From positions 77,945 to 141,944 of the forward strand of contig CAZHIA010000002.1 in the NCBI GenBank assembly GCA_964532425.1: 64,000 bases of DNA, in the 5' to 3' direction. A model generated the notes under the pieces. That model had not been told where the DNA came from and did no database searches. It saw nothing but the letters and a program-made list of their open reading frames with translations. Both the position numbers and the translations under genes were made by a program. This stretch comes from an uncultured Candidatus Saccharibacteria bacterium. Its GTDB lineage: Bacteria; Patescibacteriota; Doudnabacteria; UBA920. Each line of letters opens with the position of its first letter. Positions within the stretch are counted from its first letter, which is position 1. This document shows, piece by piece, positions 37,296-46,182 of this stretch.

Positions 37296-38048
37296 CTATT
37301 CTTCTTTTAGCTTGAACACCCGGACCACGATGGCCAGCAGCAGGGCCAGCCACAACGCGATGATTGCCATGTCCTTGCCGATCACTTGCAGGTTAAAGGG
37401 GTACAGGTAGGCCTGCCGGAAGCCGTCTGCCAGGTAAGTGATGGGCAGGAGCTTGGCGATGATTTGGAGCGGGTGGGGGAGAACGGATATCGAATAAAAA
37501 ATGTTAGTCAAAAACAGTAGCGGCATACCAATGGCAGAGGTGACCGGGGCAGCTGTTTCATAAGATTTTGCATAGTTGGCAATCAGCAAGCCGATCAGGA
37601 GGAAGATGGGACCGCCGAGTAGGATCAGAAATAGAATAGAGAGGATGTTGCCGGCGAACTTGGCGTGGAAAAAGACGACGCCGATGAGGGTCAGGAGAAT
37701 GACCTGGAGAACCATCTGTACCAGCCGGGACGCGATGAGGCTCATTATAAGCTGCCGGGTGTTGATCGGAGTGACAAGTAGACGCTTGATGACCCCTTGG
37801 GACTTCATATCAATCATCCAGTAAGCTAGGCCGTAGATGCCGCCCTGCATGATGCCCATGGCAATAATGCCGGGTAACAAAAAGTCGCTGTAGCGGGCTT
37901 CGTTCGTGTTCACGAATCTTCCAACCGGGAGCATCGAGACCGCAATGTAAATAAATCCCGGCATAGCCACGGTCCAAAAGAACCCGGACTTATTGCGGTA
38001 GAGGATCTTGATATTGGCGAGGAAAAGCTGGGAGAAAGAGGACTTCAT
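37296..38048 (-). CDS. ABC-2 type transporter permease
   Basis: About 250 aa with 6 TM helices. The ORF track extends the start into the palindromic repeat. The likely start is at 38048 ('MKSSFSQLF'). Confidence 0.7.
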   Translation of the reverse strand: MKSSFSQLFLANIKILYRNKSGFFWTVAMPGFIYIAVSMLPVGRFVNTNEARYSDFLLPGIIAMGIMQGGIYGLAYWMIDMKSQGVIKRLLVTPINTRQLIMSLIASRLVQMVLQVILLTLIGVVFFHAKFAGNILSILFLILLGGPIFLLIGLLIANYAKSYETAAPVTSAIGMPLLFLTNIFYSISVLPHPLQIIAKLLPITYLADGFRQAYLYPFNLQVIGKDMAIIALWLALLLAIVVRVFKLKEE

Positions 38049-38062
38049 AAAAGGAATTGAAC

Positions 38063-38160
38063 AAAATTTAAAAAATTGACAAAATTGACAAAAATAAACT
38101 GCAGCTTGGTTTCCTAATTTTGTCAATTTTGTTCAATTTTGTCATTTTTGTCAATTAGTT
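38063..38160. repeat. Palindromic TGACAAAA-word element, copy 2 (inside the ABC operon between ATPase stop and permease start)
   Basis: 'attgacaaaattgacaaaaataaaCTGCAGCTTGGtttcctaattttgtcaattttgttcaattttgtcatttttgtcaatt' has the same architecture and central core as the element at 30589-30692. Confidence 0.75.
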
Positions 38161-39100
38161 AGTCTTCATACTCATGCCCCGTGAGCTGCAAATAAACGTC
38201 TTCGAGGCTGGCGGTGCGCACGGTGAAGCCGGAGAAGTTTACCTGGTGGTCCTTCAGGATTTGGACAATGCGGGAGATGTTGTCGAGGGTGGTTAGTTCA
38301 ATGGTAATGCGCGGTGGCTCGGGGTAGATCTTTTTTATATCTACGACTTCGGAAAACCAGGCAGGGTCCACGCTTTCTCCAGCCAGGAAGGTGACCTGGG
38401 TACAGTCAGTTAGGCGCTCAATCAGGGTCTTTGGCTGGTCGATTTCCAAAATTTTACCCTGGTCCAATATGGCCACGCGGTGACAGAGAAATTCGGCTTC
38501 TTCCATAAAATGGGTGGTCAGGACCACGGTCGTACCGCGGCTATTGATTTCTTTGATAAGTTTCCACATTTGGCGTCGGGCAGCCGGGTCCAGGCCGGTG
38601 GTGGGCTCATCCAGGAAAATTATTTCCGGCTCGTTGACGAGGGATGAAGCTATGGTAAAGCGCTGCTTCTGTCCGCCGGACAATTTGTCTACGCGTTCAT
38701 TCTTTTTATCAGTAAGATCGACCAGTTCAAGCAACCGGTCGCAGTCAGCCGATCTGCCGTAGAGGGAGGCGAATAAAGTCAGCAGTTCAGCGAGAGTCAG
38801 GTAGGGGAGATAGTCCGAGCTCTGCAATTGGACGCCGATACGGCGCCGAATTTCTTCGGCCTGTCGCAGATTGTCGAGGCCTAAGACATTGACCGTACCG
38901 GCGGACTGTTGTTTGATGCCCTCAATAATCTCCAGTGTTGTGGTCTTACCTGCGCCGTTCGGTCCTAGAATACCGAAGATCTCTCCCTTTTCCACGGAAA
39001 ATGAAATCCCTTTGACCGCCTCAAAAAATCGCTGCCCGCCCTTCGGCCGGCTCAGGCGGTAGGTCTTTTTCAGATCGGTGATGGTAATTACGTTAGGCAT
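38159..39100 (-). CDS. ABC transporter ATP-binding protein
   Basis: 'GPNGAGKTT' is the Walker A, 'LSGGQKQR' is the ABC signature, and 'IIFLDEPTTGLD' is the Walker B. Confidence 0.9.
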   Translation of the reverse strand: MPNVITITDLKKTYRLSRPKGGQRFFEAVKGISFSVEKGEIFGILGPNGAGKTTTLEIIEGIKQQSAGTVNVLGLDNLRQAEEIRRRIGVQLQSSDYLPYLTLAELLTLFASLYGRSADCDRLLELVDLTDKKNERVDKLSGGQKQRFTIASSLVNEPEIIFLDEPTTGLDPAARRQMWKLIKEINSRGTTVVLTTHFMEEAEFLCHRVAILDQGKILEIDQPKTLIERLTDCTQVTFLAGESVDPAWFSEVVDIKKIYPEPPRITIELTTLDNISRIVQILKDHQVNFSGFTVRTASLEDVYLQLTGHEYED

Positions 39101-39220
39101 ATAGGTATTATAGCATTTGGCTTATTTCCATAGGGGGTAATAGTAAAACTTTGCTTGTTTATGAACTAAATGTAGATATTGATTAAAATAAGCCATATTT
39201 ATAGAATTTACCCTTATCTA

Positions 39221-39249
39221 TTGACAAAAGTACAGAAATAATGTATAAT
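39221..39249 (+). promoter_or_regulatory. Consensus sigma70 promoter TTGACA-17-TATAAT
   Basis: 'ttgacaaaagtacagaaataatgtataat'. Confidence 0.6.
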
Positions 39250-39399
39250 ATAGTTTAAGTAATAAATAGCTCTTTAAATACTTCTTTCTGTCTTATGGGG
39301 AGCAAACTAACCGTTTACTCTTATTGGTAACGTTTGGTTTTTTCCCCGTAAATTCGCTGAATTTCGACGAAGTGCCAGTCGGAACACCGAAAAAGGGAA

Positions 39400-39579
39400 G
39401 GAGAGAGAATGTTTATCACGCATCCGGTCATCCGTGGAGCAATACTAGGCTTCGCTTTGGGAGTGTCGGTCGCCTTGTTCTTTTGGCCGCAGGGTTCGTC
39501 GCGGCCCACGGGATTGCTCTATATCCTGATCGTCGACCTGGTAGTGTTTGCCGTGTCGACCTTCTGTCTCCAGAGAGAA
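39400..39579 (+). CDS. Small membrane protein (59 aa, MFITHPVIRGAILGFALGVSVALFFWPQGSSRPTGLLYILIVDLVVFAVSTFCLQREE)
   Basis: Absent from the ORF track because it is under 60 aa. Very strong RBS 'aaagggaaggagagagaATG'. Two hydrophobic helices. Confidence 0.45.
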
Positions 39580-39900
39580 GAGTAGACAAGGGCGAGAGGT
39601 GCTAAAGAAGATGTGGTAGCACCTGTACGCGCCAAGGAGTACACAGGTCGCTGGTGCGGTCAAGGAGGAAGCGGGAGTTTATTCGGGGAAGTGCAGAGCC
39701 ATACTCTGCCTTTCCCCACCTTTTTCCAGACCAGGATAGCAATATCGTGGTCGTGGAAATTGGTACTTGTCCGAGAACCGTGGGGACGCGATAAATCCGC
39801 GGGGCTGCAGCTGGGGCTTATCCCGAGCAGGACATCAGGCATCCTTCAAACTGACTAGCCTGCCCAGACCGGAGAAACCGGTGGCAGCGAAGGAGGAAAA

Positions 39901-40503
39901 ATGTTCAACAATCTGTTCAGTAAACTCTTTTCCGGCCGCACGGCGGCCGAGAAGGTAGTGGAAGTGCCTGCCCCGGCTGCCGCAGTGGCAGCAACGGAAG
40001 AAAAGATTCCATATATAAATTCAGAAGCGGTGCTTCTTCCTTCCACCCGCAGGGCGTGGTGGGAGGAGTGTAAGGGGTTGGTGGAGGAGAGTGATGTTTC
40101 TCGGCAGAGGCAATCTCAGCTTCTGGGGAAGAAGCTTCGCACTATCGAAGAGGAGATCGAGAGGAAAAAGCTCCTCGAGCGGGAAAAGGAGATCCATACT
40201 TCATGCTTCAAAATTCTGGAGAGGCTCCAGAATGAGGAGCGTGAGAAGGTGGCCGGCGTCCAGAGGGTTCTGGACGGTGGGTGGCAAAAAATGATGACGT
40301 GTTTTAACCGTCCCACGACCTACTTTCGAAGGATTGTCGTCCGGGACGAGGGTGGGGAGCTCGTCCTGCTGATCGGCAGAGAGGATCTCTATGAGCCACA
40401 CCAGCCCAATCCTGCGTGGATTGGGAAGTTTGAAAAATCATCGACAAACTGGGAGGACTTCACCCTCCCGGAGCTGACGGCCTTACAGGCTATCGGCAAG
40501 TAG
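39901..40503 (+). CDS. Hypothetical protein (GC-rich segment)
   Basis: 200 aa with the RBS 'gcgaaggaggaaaaATG'. A central coiled-coil 'EEEIERKKLLEREKE' is present. Confidence 0.55.
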   Translation: MFNNLFSKLFSGRTAAEKVVEVPAPAAAVAATEEKIPYINSEAVLLPSTRRAWWEECKGLVEESDVSRQRQSQLLGKKLRTIEEEIERKKLLEREKEIHTSCFKILERLQNEEREKVAGVQRVLDGGWQKMMTCFNRPTTYFRRIVVRDEGGELVLLIGREDLYEPHQPNPAWIGKFEKSSTNWEDFTLPELTALQAIGK

Positions 40504-40953
40504 TTCAGTAACCGGGCATCGAGAGATAAAGCCACTGCCTGCTGATACCAGGCACATAAATAATCTATCCGTCAGCTTGTGCGTCACTCAAGCCCGAATT
40601 GTCGGTTAAACAATGCACTTGAGGAGCACAAACCATCGCACACGGTTTTGTTCCTCACCTTTCTTCAATCTTTGATAATCCGCCAACTGGCGGATCGAAG
40701 GTTGAAAATTGGTTCTTTTAAAAGATCTCCGCCCGTTGTGGGGTAGTGCAGTGTGGAAGATATATCTTCTATACTGTACTCCCCGCAAATTGGCTGACTT
40801 GTAGCAAATGGCCACAAGCCGCTGCAGCACCCAAGAGGGGACGGAGAAAAATCTGGGCACCTATTTTGCAAATAATGGTTTGTTTGCAGAATAGGCAGCC
40901 AGAAGTGTTGCCTCGGTTTCCCCGAACCGAAAATTCTCTTGAAAGGAGAAAAA

Positions 40954-41799
40954 ATGGAACTTCGGGTGGAGAAGGGTCTGAAAGGGCCGGAGGCTGTCCG
41001 TGCCCACGAGTTGTTCGGACAGGCCGTGTTTGTAGAATGCGGCCTTCACGATCCGGCCAACTTCTGCTTTGATCATCATGTCATGGAGGGTGCGCAGTAC
41101 ATGCTCTCCGTGGCTGGAATGATCCAACAGGAGATGCTGCAGCGGCGGCGGATGCCGCAAACCGTGGTGATGAACCACGTGCGGCACCTTGATAACTTGA
41201 TGGCTCTCTACCTCCTTCTTTTTAGGGGATTGGTGAGCCATCCTGACACGACAGTTCTGGTATCCTGCGCGGACTTGATGGATCGCGTGGGGCCGCTCGC
41301 GACTGCGTCACTGCCGCAACTTCAGACCGCCGTGCTGTTTACGGCGCAGAATGCCATTCCGTTCAAGGAGTGGGAAGTTGGCGACGAACAGTTGCGCGAC
41401 CTGGCGGTGGCCGCGGTGGAAAAAATCCGCGCCATGGTCACGGTGCCCGTGAAAACGGCGCGGTATACGACTCGGTTCACCTCGGCAGATGGAAAGTTCA
41501 TCATCGCCGAGTGCAATGAACCGGTCGGCAATACGCTGTACGATCAGGGGTACGATGCGTACCTGGTTTACAGCCGGAATGCGGATGGATCGTTGAAAGC
41601 CACGTTCGCTCGCGCAAGCGAGTACGTGCCGTTCAACATTCCTGCTTTTGCCGCCGGTATGAACGCGGCAGAAAACATTGCTGATCCCAAGAAGGGCTGG
41701 GGCGGCCGTGGTACTATCGGAGGTTCGCCACTCGGCACTGGATCGCACTTGGCGCTCGATGTTATCATCGAAGGCGCCAAGGCCGCATACCGCTCCTGA
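40954..41799 (+). CDS. Hypothetical protein (GC-rich segment)
   Basis: About 280 aa with the RBS 'gaaaggagaaaaaATG'. A strong terminator lies at 41923-41962. Confidence 0.55.
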   Translation: MELRVEKGLKGPEAVRAHELFGQAVFVECGLHDPANFCFDHHVMEGAQYMLSVAGMIQQEMLQRRRMPQTVVMNHVRHLDNLMALYLLLFRGLVSHPDTTVLVSCADLMDRVGPLATASLPQLQTAVLFTAQNAIPFKEWEVGDEQLRDLAVAAVEKIRAMVTVPVKTARYTTRFTSADGKFIIAECNEPVGNTLYDQGYDAYLVYSRNADGSLKATFARASEYVPFNIPAFAAGMNAAENIADPKKGWGGRGTIGGSPLGTGSHLALDVIIEGAKAAYRS

Positions 41800-41922
41800 C
41801 CTCGTTGAGTTTTTGGAGATTTTCACGAAAAGTGCAATACGTCCAGAGATGGCTGGATGAGATAGATTAAACCATCAGCACTCTTGGGACTTTAGGAACT
41901 CGCACGTTTCCAAAGTCCCTTT

Positions 41923-41962
41923 CCCAGCAGCGCATCGCACATGCGCTGCTGGGATCTTTTTC
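41923..41962 (+). terminator. Rho-independent terminator (CCCAGCAGCGCAT CGCAC ATGCGCTGCTGGG + TCTTTTTCC)
   Basis: Perfect 13-bp stem. Confidence 0.7.
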
Positions 41963-42070
41963 CAGGCTGTCAGGAATTTGTCTTTTCTGTCCCGCGCGGA
42001 GCAATCCAAGCGGGAGGCAAGCTCTGGCAGCCTGAAAAAAGGTTTGGTTTGTAGCATATCTAAAATTTAT

Positions 42071-42112
42071 CTTGTCTACGTAACATCCGATATCGGATGT
42101 TACGTAGACAAG
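42071..42112. repeat. 42-bp perfect palindrome CTTGTCTACGTAACATCCGATATCGGATGTTACGTAGACAAG
   Basis: Directly upstream of the 42191 gene. Related to the palindrome at 42906-42945. Confidence 0.85.
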
Positions 42113-42190
42113 GATTTTTATGTTCGTGTAAGTTAACAAGCAGCAGCTTGAAAGTACGCAAAAAGGTGTTATACTTGAGGAAAATAGGGA

Positions 42191-42892
42191 ATGTATGAAA
42201 ATTTCATGAAACCAAAACTTACCATTAAATACGTTATTGATCGGGCTTGTCCAACGCGACCAACAAAAGAGTTTCGCCTCAGCCCGGAAGCGGTTAAACG
42301 TTTACGGACAGTCGGAGACGTACTGCTTGTTACGTTTGTAACGGCTGGGATAATAACGTTGTCAGCGGCAGCTCCGAACATCTTTCAAGCTTTTAAAACT
42401 ATCCAAAAAATCAGCCGCCACCTGAGCAGAATAAAACATTCCCCAGTACATGAAAATCAGTTTTCAAGAATGATGAGCAAGAGCATATCTCACTATGTGC
42501 GAAAAGGTTACATTAAACTCATTCCTCAGGGTAACGATTATCTGGTTGAGGTTACAGAGGCGGGCAAAAAACAGGCACAAGTGTACAATATGCAAACGTT
42601 GCAACTCACAAGGAGAGGAGTGTGGAAAGGTGGGTGGTGGATGACCTTGGCGGATATCCCGACTGAATTGAACGACGAGGCAAGTTATTTTAGGAAGAAA
42701 ATAAAAGAGCTCGGGTTGTACCGTTGCCAGAAATCGGTCTGGCTCTATCCATATGATATACGGAGCGAGATTCAGTTTGTTGCTGCATATTACGGGGTGG
42801 ACCGGTATATTACCATTATTCAAGTTGTGGCTTTGGAGCCAGAGGATCAGCAAAAAGCTAAGCAGTTTTTTAAAGACAGCAGGGTATTATAA
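42191..42892 (+). CDS. Hypothetical protein with PaaX-C/Cas2-like C-terminal motif
   Basis: 233 aa with one TM-like segment. The C-terminal pattern 'VWKGGWWMTLADIP...ASYFRKKIKELGLYRCQKSVWLYPYD' resembles the W..W..yd...R..L...Gf..lQ.SVW motif of the PaaX C-terminal domain. Confidence 0.45.
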   Translation: MYENFMKPKLTIKYVIDRACPTRPTKEFRLSPEAVKRLRTVGDVLLVTFVTAGIITLSAAAPNIFQAFKTIQKISRHLSRIKHSPVHENQFSRMMSKSISHYVRKGYIKLIPQGNDYLVEVTEAGKKQAQVYNMQTLQLTRRGVWKGGWWMTLADIPTELNDEASYFRKKIKELGLYRCQKSVWLYPYDIRSEIQFVAAYYGVDRYITIIQVVALEPEDQQKAKQFFKDSRVL

Positions 42893-42905
42893 CTCTGTTT
42901 TTTGT

Positions 42906-42945
42906 TTGTCTACGCTACATCCGATATCGGATGTAGCGTAGACAA
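42906..42945. repeat. 40-bp palindrome TTGTCTACGCTACATCCGATATCGGATGTAGCGTAGACAA
   Basis: Directly downstream of the 42191-42892 gene. It differs from the 42071 copy by compensatory TA->CT changes that preserve the palindrome. Confidence 0.85.
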
Positions 42946-43054
42946 GTAAGGAGTAAAGAGTGAGAGAACAGAAATGTGAAGATTTGAACTGTTGTTTGGG
43001 AAACGATTCGGTGAAATGGTTTGCTATGATATGGTCTAATGATATAATTCAGAT

Positions 43055-45433
43055 ATGACAGATATCTTGCGAAAATTTGATCCGGTGTCGGATGAGGAGT
43101 TGGAAATGCGGAAGCAGCGGTTTTTGGATATGGATGCAGATAAGCGGCAGGAAGCAATCGATGCGCAGCACGACCGGGCGAATTTGGAACTGGGTCCCAA
43201 TTTTTACGAACTCATGGAACGGGAGACAGATGAAAAAATGCGCGAAGCATACCGCATGACCCTGGAGATTGCCAAGGCCGTGGAAGCTGCCGGAGGAAAG
43301 GTTCTGGTAATTGGCGGTTTTGTACGCGATACCGTACTAAATCAATTCGGTCATCAAGTAAAATCAAAAGATGTCGACGTTGAAGTCTACGGACTGACTC
43401 TTGATCGTTTAAGAGAGGTCCTGGCGCCGTTCGGCAATACGGATGTAAAAGGAGAAAGCTTTGGGGTGTTGAAATTTGGCGATGTAGATGTTGCTCTTTC
43501 CAGGCGCGAGACCAAAAATGCACCGGGTCATAAGGGTTTTAAAATTGAATTGGATGAGGAATTAACTATTTTGGAAGCAGCGCGCCGGCGCGATTTCACC
43601 GTGGGTGCCATGGCGATGGACCCGTTTACCGGCCAGATCATCGACAAATACGGCGGTATCGAGGATGCGCGACAGGGCTTGCTGCGCGTGGTGGACCCAT
43701 CAAAGTTCGTGGAAGATCCGCTGCGGGTCCTGCGGGCAGCCCAGTTTGTAGGGCGATTTAATTTTACAATAGAAGAAAATACGGCAAACTTATGCCGAGA
43801 GCTTGTCTATGCCGGCAAGCTAAAAGAACTCGCTAGAGAGAGATTTGAGGAAGAATGGAAAAAACTGCTCCTGAAATCAAAAAAGCCAAGCCTGGGCCTG
43901 GAAGCGGCGCGGGATCTGGGGATTATTGAGGTGGAGTATCCGGCGCTGCGGGATTTAATCGGCTGCAAGCAGGAATATGACTGGCATCCCGAAGGCGATG
44001 TCTGGACGCATACGCTGTTGGTTGTCGATGAAGCGGTCAAGATTGCCAAGCGGGAAAATTTGAGCGAGGACGATACTCTCATATTAGTTTTTGCAGCCTT
44101 GGCTCATGATTTTGGCAAGCCATCAACGACAAAGTATGAGGAAAAGAAGGGCCGGATGCGCTATACATCCAATAAACATGAGGAGATGGGGGTCGAGCCC
44201 GCACGGCAATTTTTCAAAAGCATTCATCTGGCGGACAAATACGTGTCTCGGATTTTACCGTTGATTCAAAGACATCTCATCCCTACGAAATATCAACCAA
44301 CGAAGTATTCCGACGCTGCCATCAAAAAGTTGGTGAAAAATATGGCCCCGGCGAGCTTAAAACAACTCGTGCTACTCGGGGAGGCGGATGCGCACGGCCG
44401 GGGTTATTGGGACGACCAGCCAAATCATACACCCGATGCCAAGCCATGGGATCATTATCCTTCAGGAGCAGCGCTCCTTGAACATGCGAAAAGATTCAAA
44501 GATATTTCCGTTGAAGGCGGTAAGCCGTTCCGGCGTTATCTCGAATTTCAGACTTTGCAGGATTTAGGAATCGACCAAAAGCACATTTTGGGTGCGCGCC
44601 GCGGGCTCATGGTTGCTCAGCTTACAGAAGCACAGTTGCAAGAAAAAATTACCGGGCCGGAGGATCTTCGGTTAGCTAAGCTCATGGTCTTTTTGGCCAA
44701 TAGTGAGTTTGACGGCCGGCAGGCGGACCAGGAATTGTTGAATGGGGAAATCATGACTAAAGGTGAAATGAGGGAATTCCTCCAGCACCGGTTTTGGAAT
44801 GAAGGTTTGCATGACATGGGTACCCTGGTTATGTACCATCTTTTGGCAGGCAATCCCTTGCCCGAAGCTTTGGAACGTAATAAAGCCGCAATTTTGACCG
44901 CGCACAAGCATGGACCGGCCTGGTTTTCGCGGTTTGACCGGGAATTTTATGAAGGTCCTTGGAAATCTTTCTATGGAAAATTTGAGGAAAGCAGCCAAGG
45001 TAAGGAAGAAGAGAAACAAAAGGATTTTATTGAGCAAGCCCGGGATGGCATAGCTCTCATCGAACATCCCGATCAGGGTTTAATTGCCGAGTATAACCAG
45101 AGCCTGGAGGTAAAGCCGGTTACTCATGAGGGGAAAGTGGCATTATATGTTACTAATAGTTATCCGTTTGAGGCTGGGCTCATGGATGGGTACCAGGTGA
45201 TGGTCCAGTTTAGCCCGGAAAAGCGACGAGTATGCGTTTCGGTCATGGATACGGATCCGGCCAAGGTCACAGAATTAGACGGAAAGATCCGCACCCTGCT
45301 ACCGGAGTTCAGCCAGTCCAAAAAGACCGGATATTTGTTTGCCCAGGATGCTGAAGGGTCGGATAATACCTTTACTCAGGCAGATGCCGAACGGGTGTAT
45401 AAGCAGGTGGTTGAGAGCGGGTTGGCGCGATAA
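43055..45433 (+). CDS. cca: CCA-adding tRNA nucleotidyltransferase (PolyA-pol head + HD domain) with ~350-aa C-terminal extension
   Basis: 'VIGGFVRDTVLN...DVDVEVYG' is the NTase head. 'RRDFTVGAMAMD' and 'DPLRVLRAAQFVGRFNF' also match. 'FAALAHDFGKP' is the HD motif. The protein is 792 aa, against about 400-480 for typical bacterial enzymes. Confidence 0.8.
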   Translation: MTDILRKFDPVSDEELEMRKQRFLDMDADKRQEAIDAQHDRANLELGPNFYELMERETDEKMREAYRMTLEIAKAVEAAGGKVLVIGGFVRDTVLNQFGHQVKSKDVDVEVYGLTLDRLREVLAPFGNTDVKGESFGVLKFGDVDVALSRRETKNAPGHKGFKIELDEELTILEAARRRDFTVGAMAMDPFTGQIIDKYGGIEDARQGLLRVVDPSKFVEDPLRVLRAAQFVGRFNFTIEENTANLCRELVYAGKLKELARERFEEEWKKLLLKSKKPSLGLEAARDLGIIEVEYPALRDLIGCKQEYDWHPEGDVWTHTLLVVDEAVKIAKRENLSEDDTLILVFAALAHDFGKPSTTKYEEKKGRMRYTSNKHEEMGVEPARQFFKSIHLADKYVSRILPLIQRHLIPTKYQPTKYSDAAIKKLVKNMAPASLKQLVLLGEADAHGRGYWDDQPNHTPDAKPWDHYPSGAALLEHAKRFKDISVEGGKPFRRYLEFQTLQDLGIDQKHILGARRGLMVAQLTEAQLQEKITGPEDLRLAKLMVFLANSEFDGRQADQELLNGEIMTKGEMREFLQHRFWNEGLHDMGTLVMYHLLAGNPLPEALERNKAAILTAHKHGPAWFSRFDREFYEGPWKSFYGKFEESSQGKEEEKQKDFIEQARDGIALIEHPDQGLIAEYNQSLEVKPVTHEGKVALYVTNSYPFEAGLMDGYQVMVQFSPEKRRVCVSVMDTDPAKVTELDGKIRTLLPEFSQSKKTGYLFAQDAEGSDNTFTQADAERVYKQVVESGLAR

Positions 45434-45773
45434 TGAGTAAAAATAGGGTTTGTAGGATGCATAGGATGGATAAAACAGATACCGCCTTCTTTAATAAGGA
45501 AATTAAAATATAAAATTCCTCATAAGTAAGACAAATATAACGAATTCTCGGTTTGGGGTTTAAATGCTGCTTGGGACTTTTGGCGGATAGAGTTGAGGAT
45601 AAGCCCCTCTGTTTTTATAGAGGAGGGTGGGGAAAAGGCTGATATTGCTTGATTTTTATGCCCCCTTGTAAGTTTGCCTGATTTGTGCTATCATATGTAT
45701 ATACATACCACACGACTTTGGGGAGAACTGGATTAGAACCCACAGTTCCCGCTGGGGAATAGAGGGACAAAGC

Positions 45774-45802
45774 TTGACCAAGTAAAGCTTGACGGGTATA
45801 AT
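45774..45802 (+). promoter_or_regulatory. rpoB promoter candidate TTGACC-17-TATAAT
   Basis: 'ttgaccaagtaaagcttgacgggtataat', about 430 nt upstream of rpoB. Confidence 0.5.
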
Positions 45803-46182
45803 CCCAATATGCACAATTTCATAAGATTTTAAGCCAAGCAACATCGGCCTTTTTTGCGTATGCAAAAAAGGATAGATTTTTATGCACTCATAGCAGCTTT
45901 TGACAGCTGCGAGACTCTGTGATCTTATGAATTCTTAGGCTAAATGCCTTTTGCTCCTCGCTAAGCGGGAAACCGGAAGTCCGGTTTCCTTGCGGCAGCC
46001 GCCTCCAGCAGCGGCTGAAAAATTTTCCTTCGGTTTTTGTCGTCGTAGGCAGACTTTAAGCTCAGGTGGTGACGAGAGCTTGATACCTACGGCTGTCTAC
46101 GCCTCCAAAGATCCTTGGAAAAGCATTTGAGCGGAGCAGGCTGAGCCTGACAGCATCATTACAACTAAAGCGCCCCGAGGAC

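Noticed and set aside
38049-38126. N-terminal extension of the ABC permease ('MTKLGNQAAVYFCQFCQFFKFCSIPF')
   Set aside because: It is translated from the TGACAAAA palindromic element. A conserved-looking start 'MKSSFSQLF' lies at 38048.
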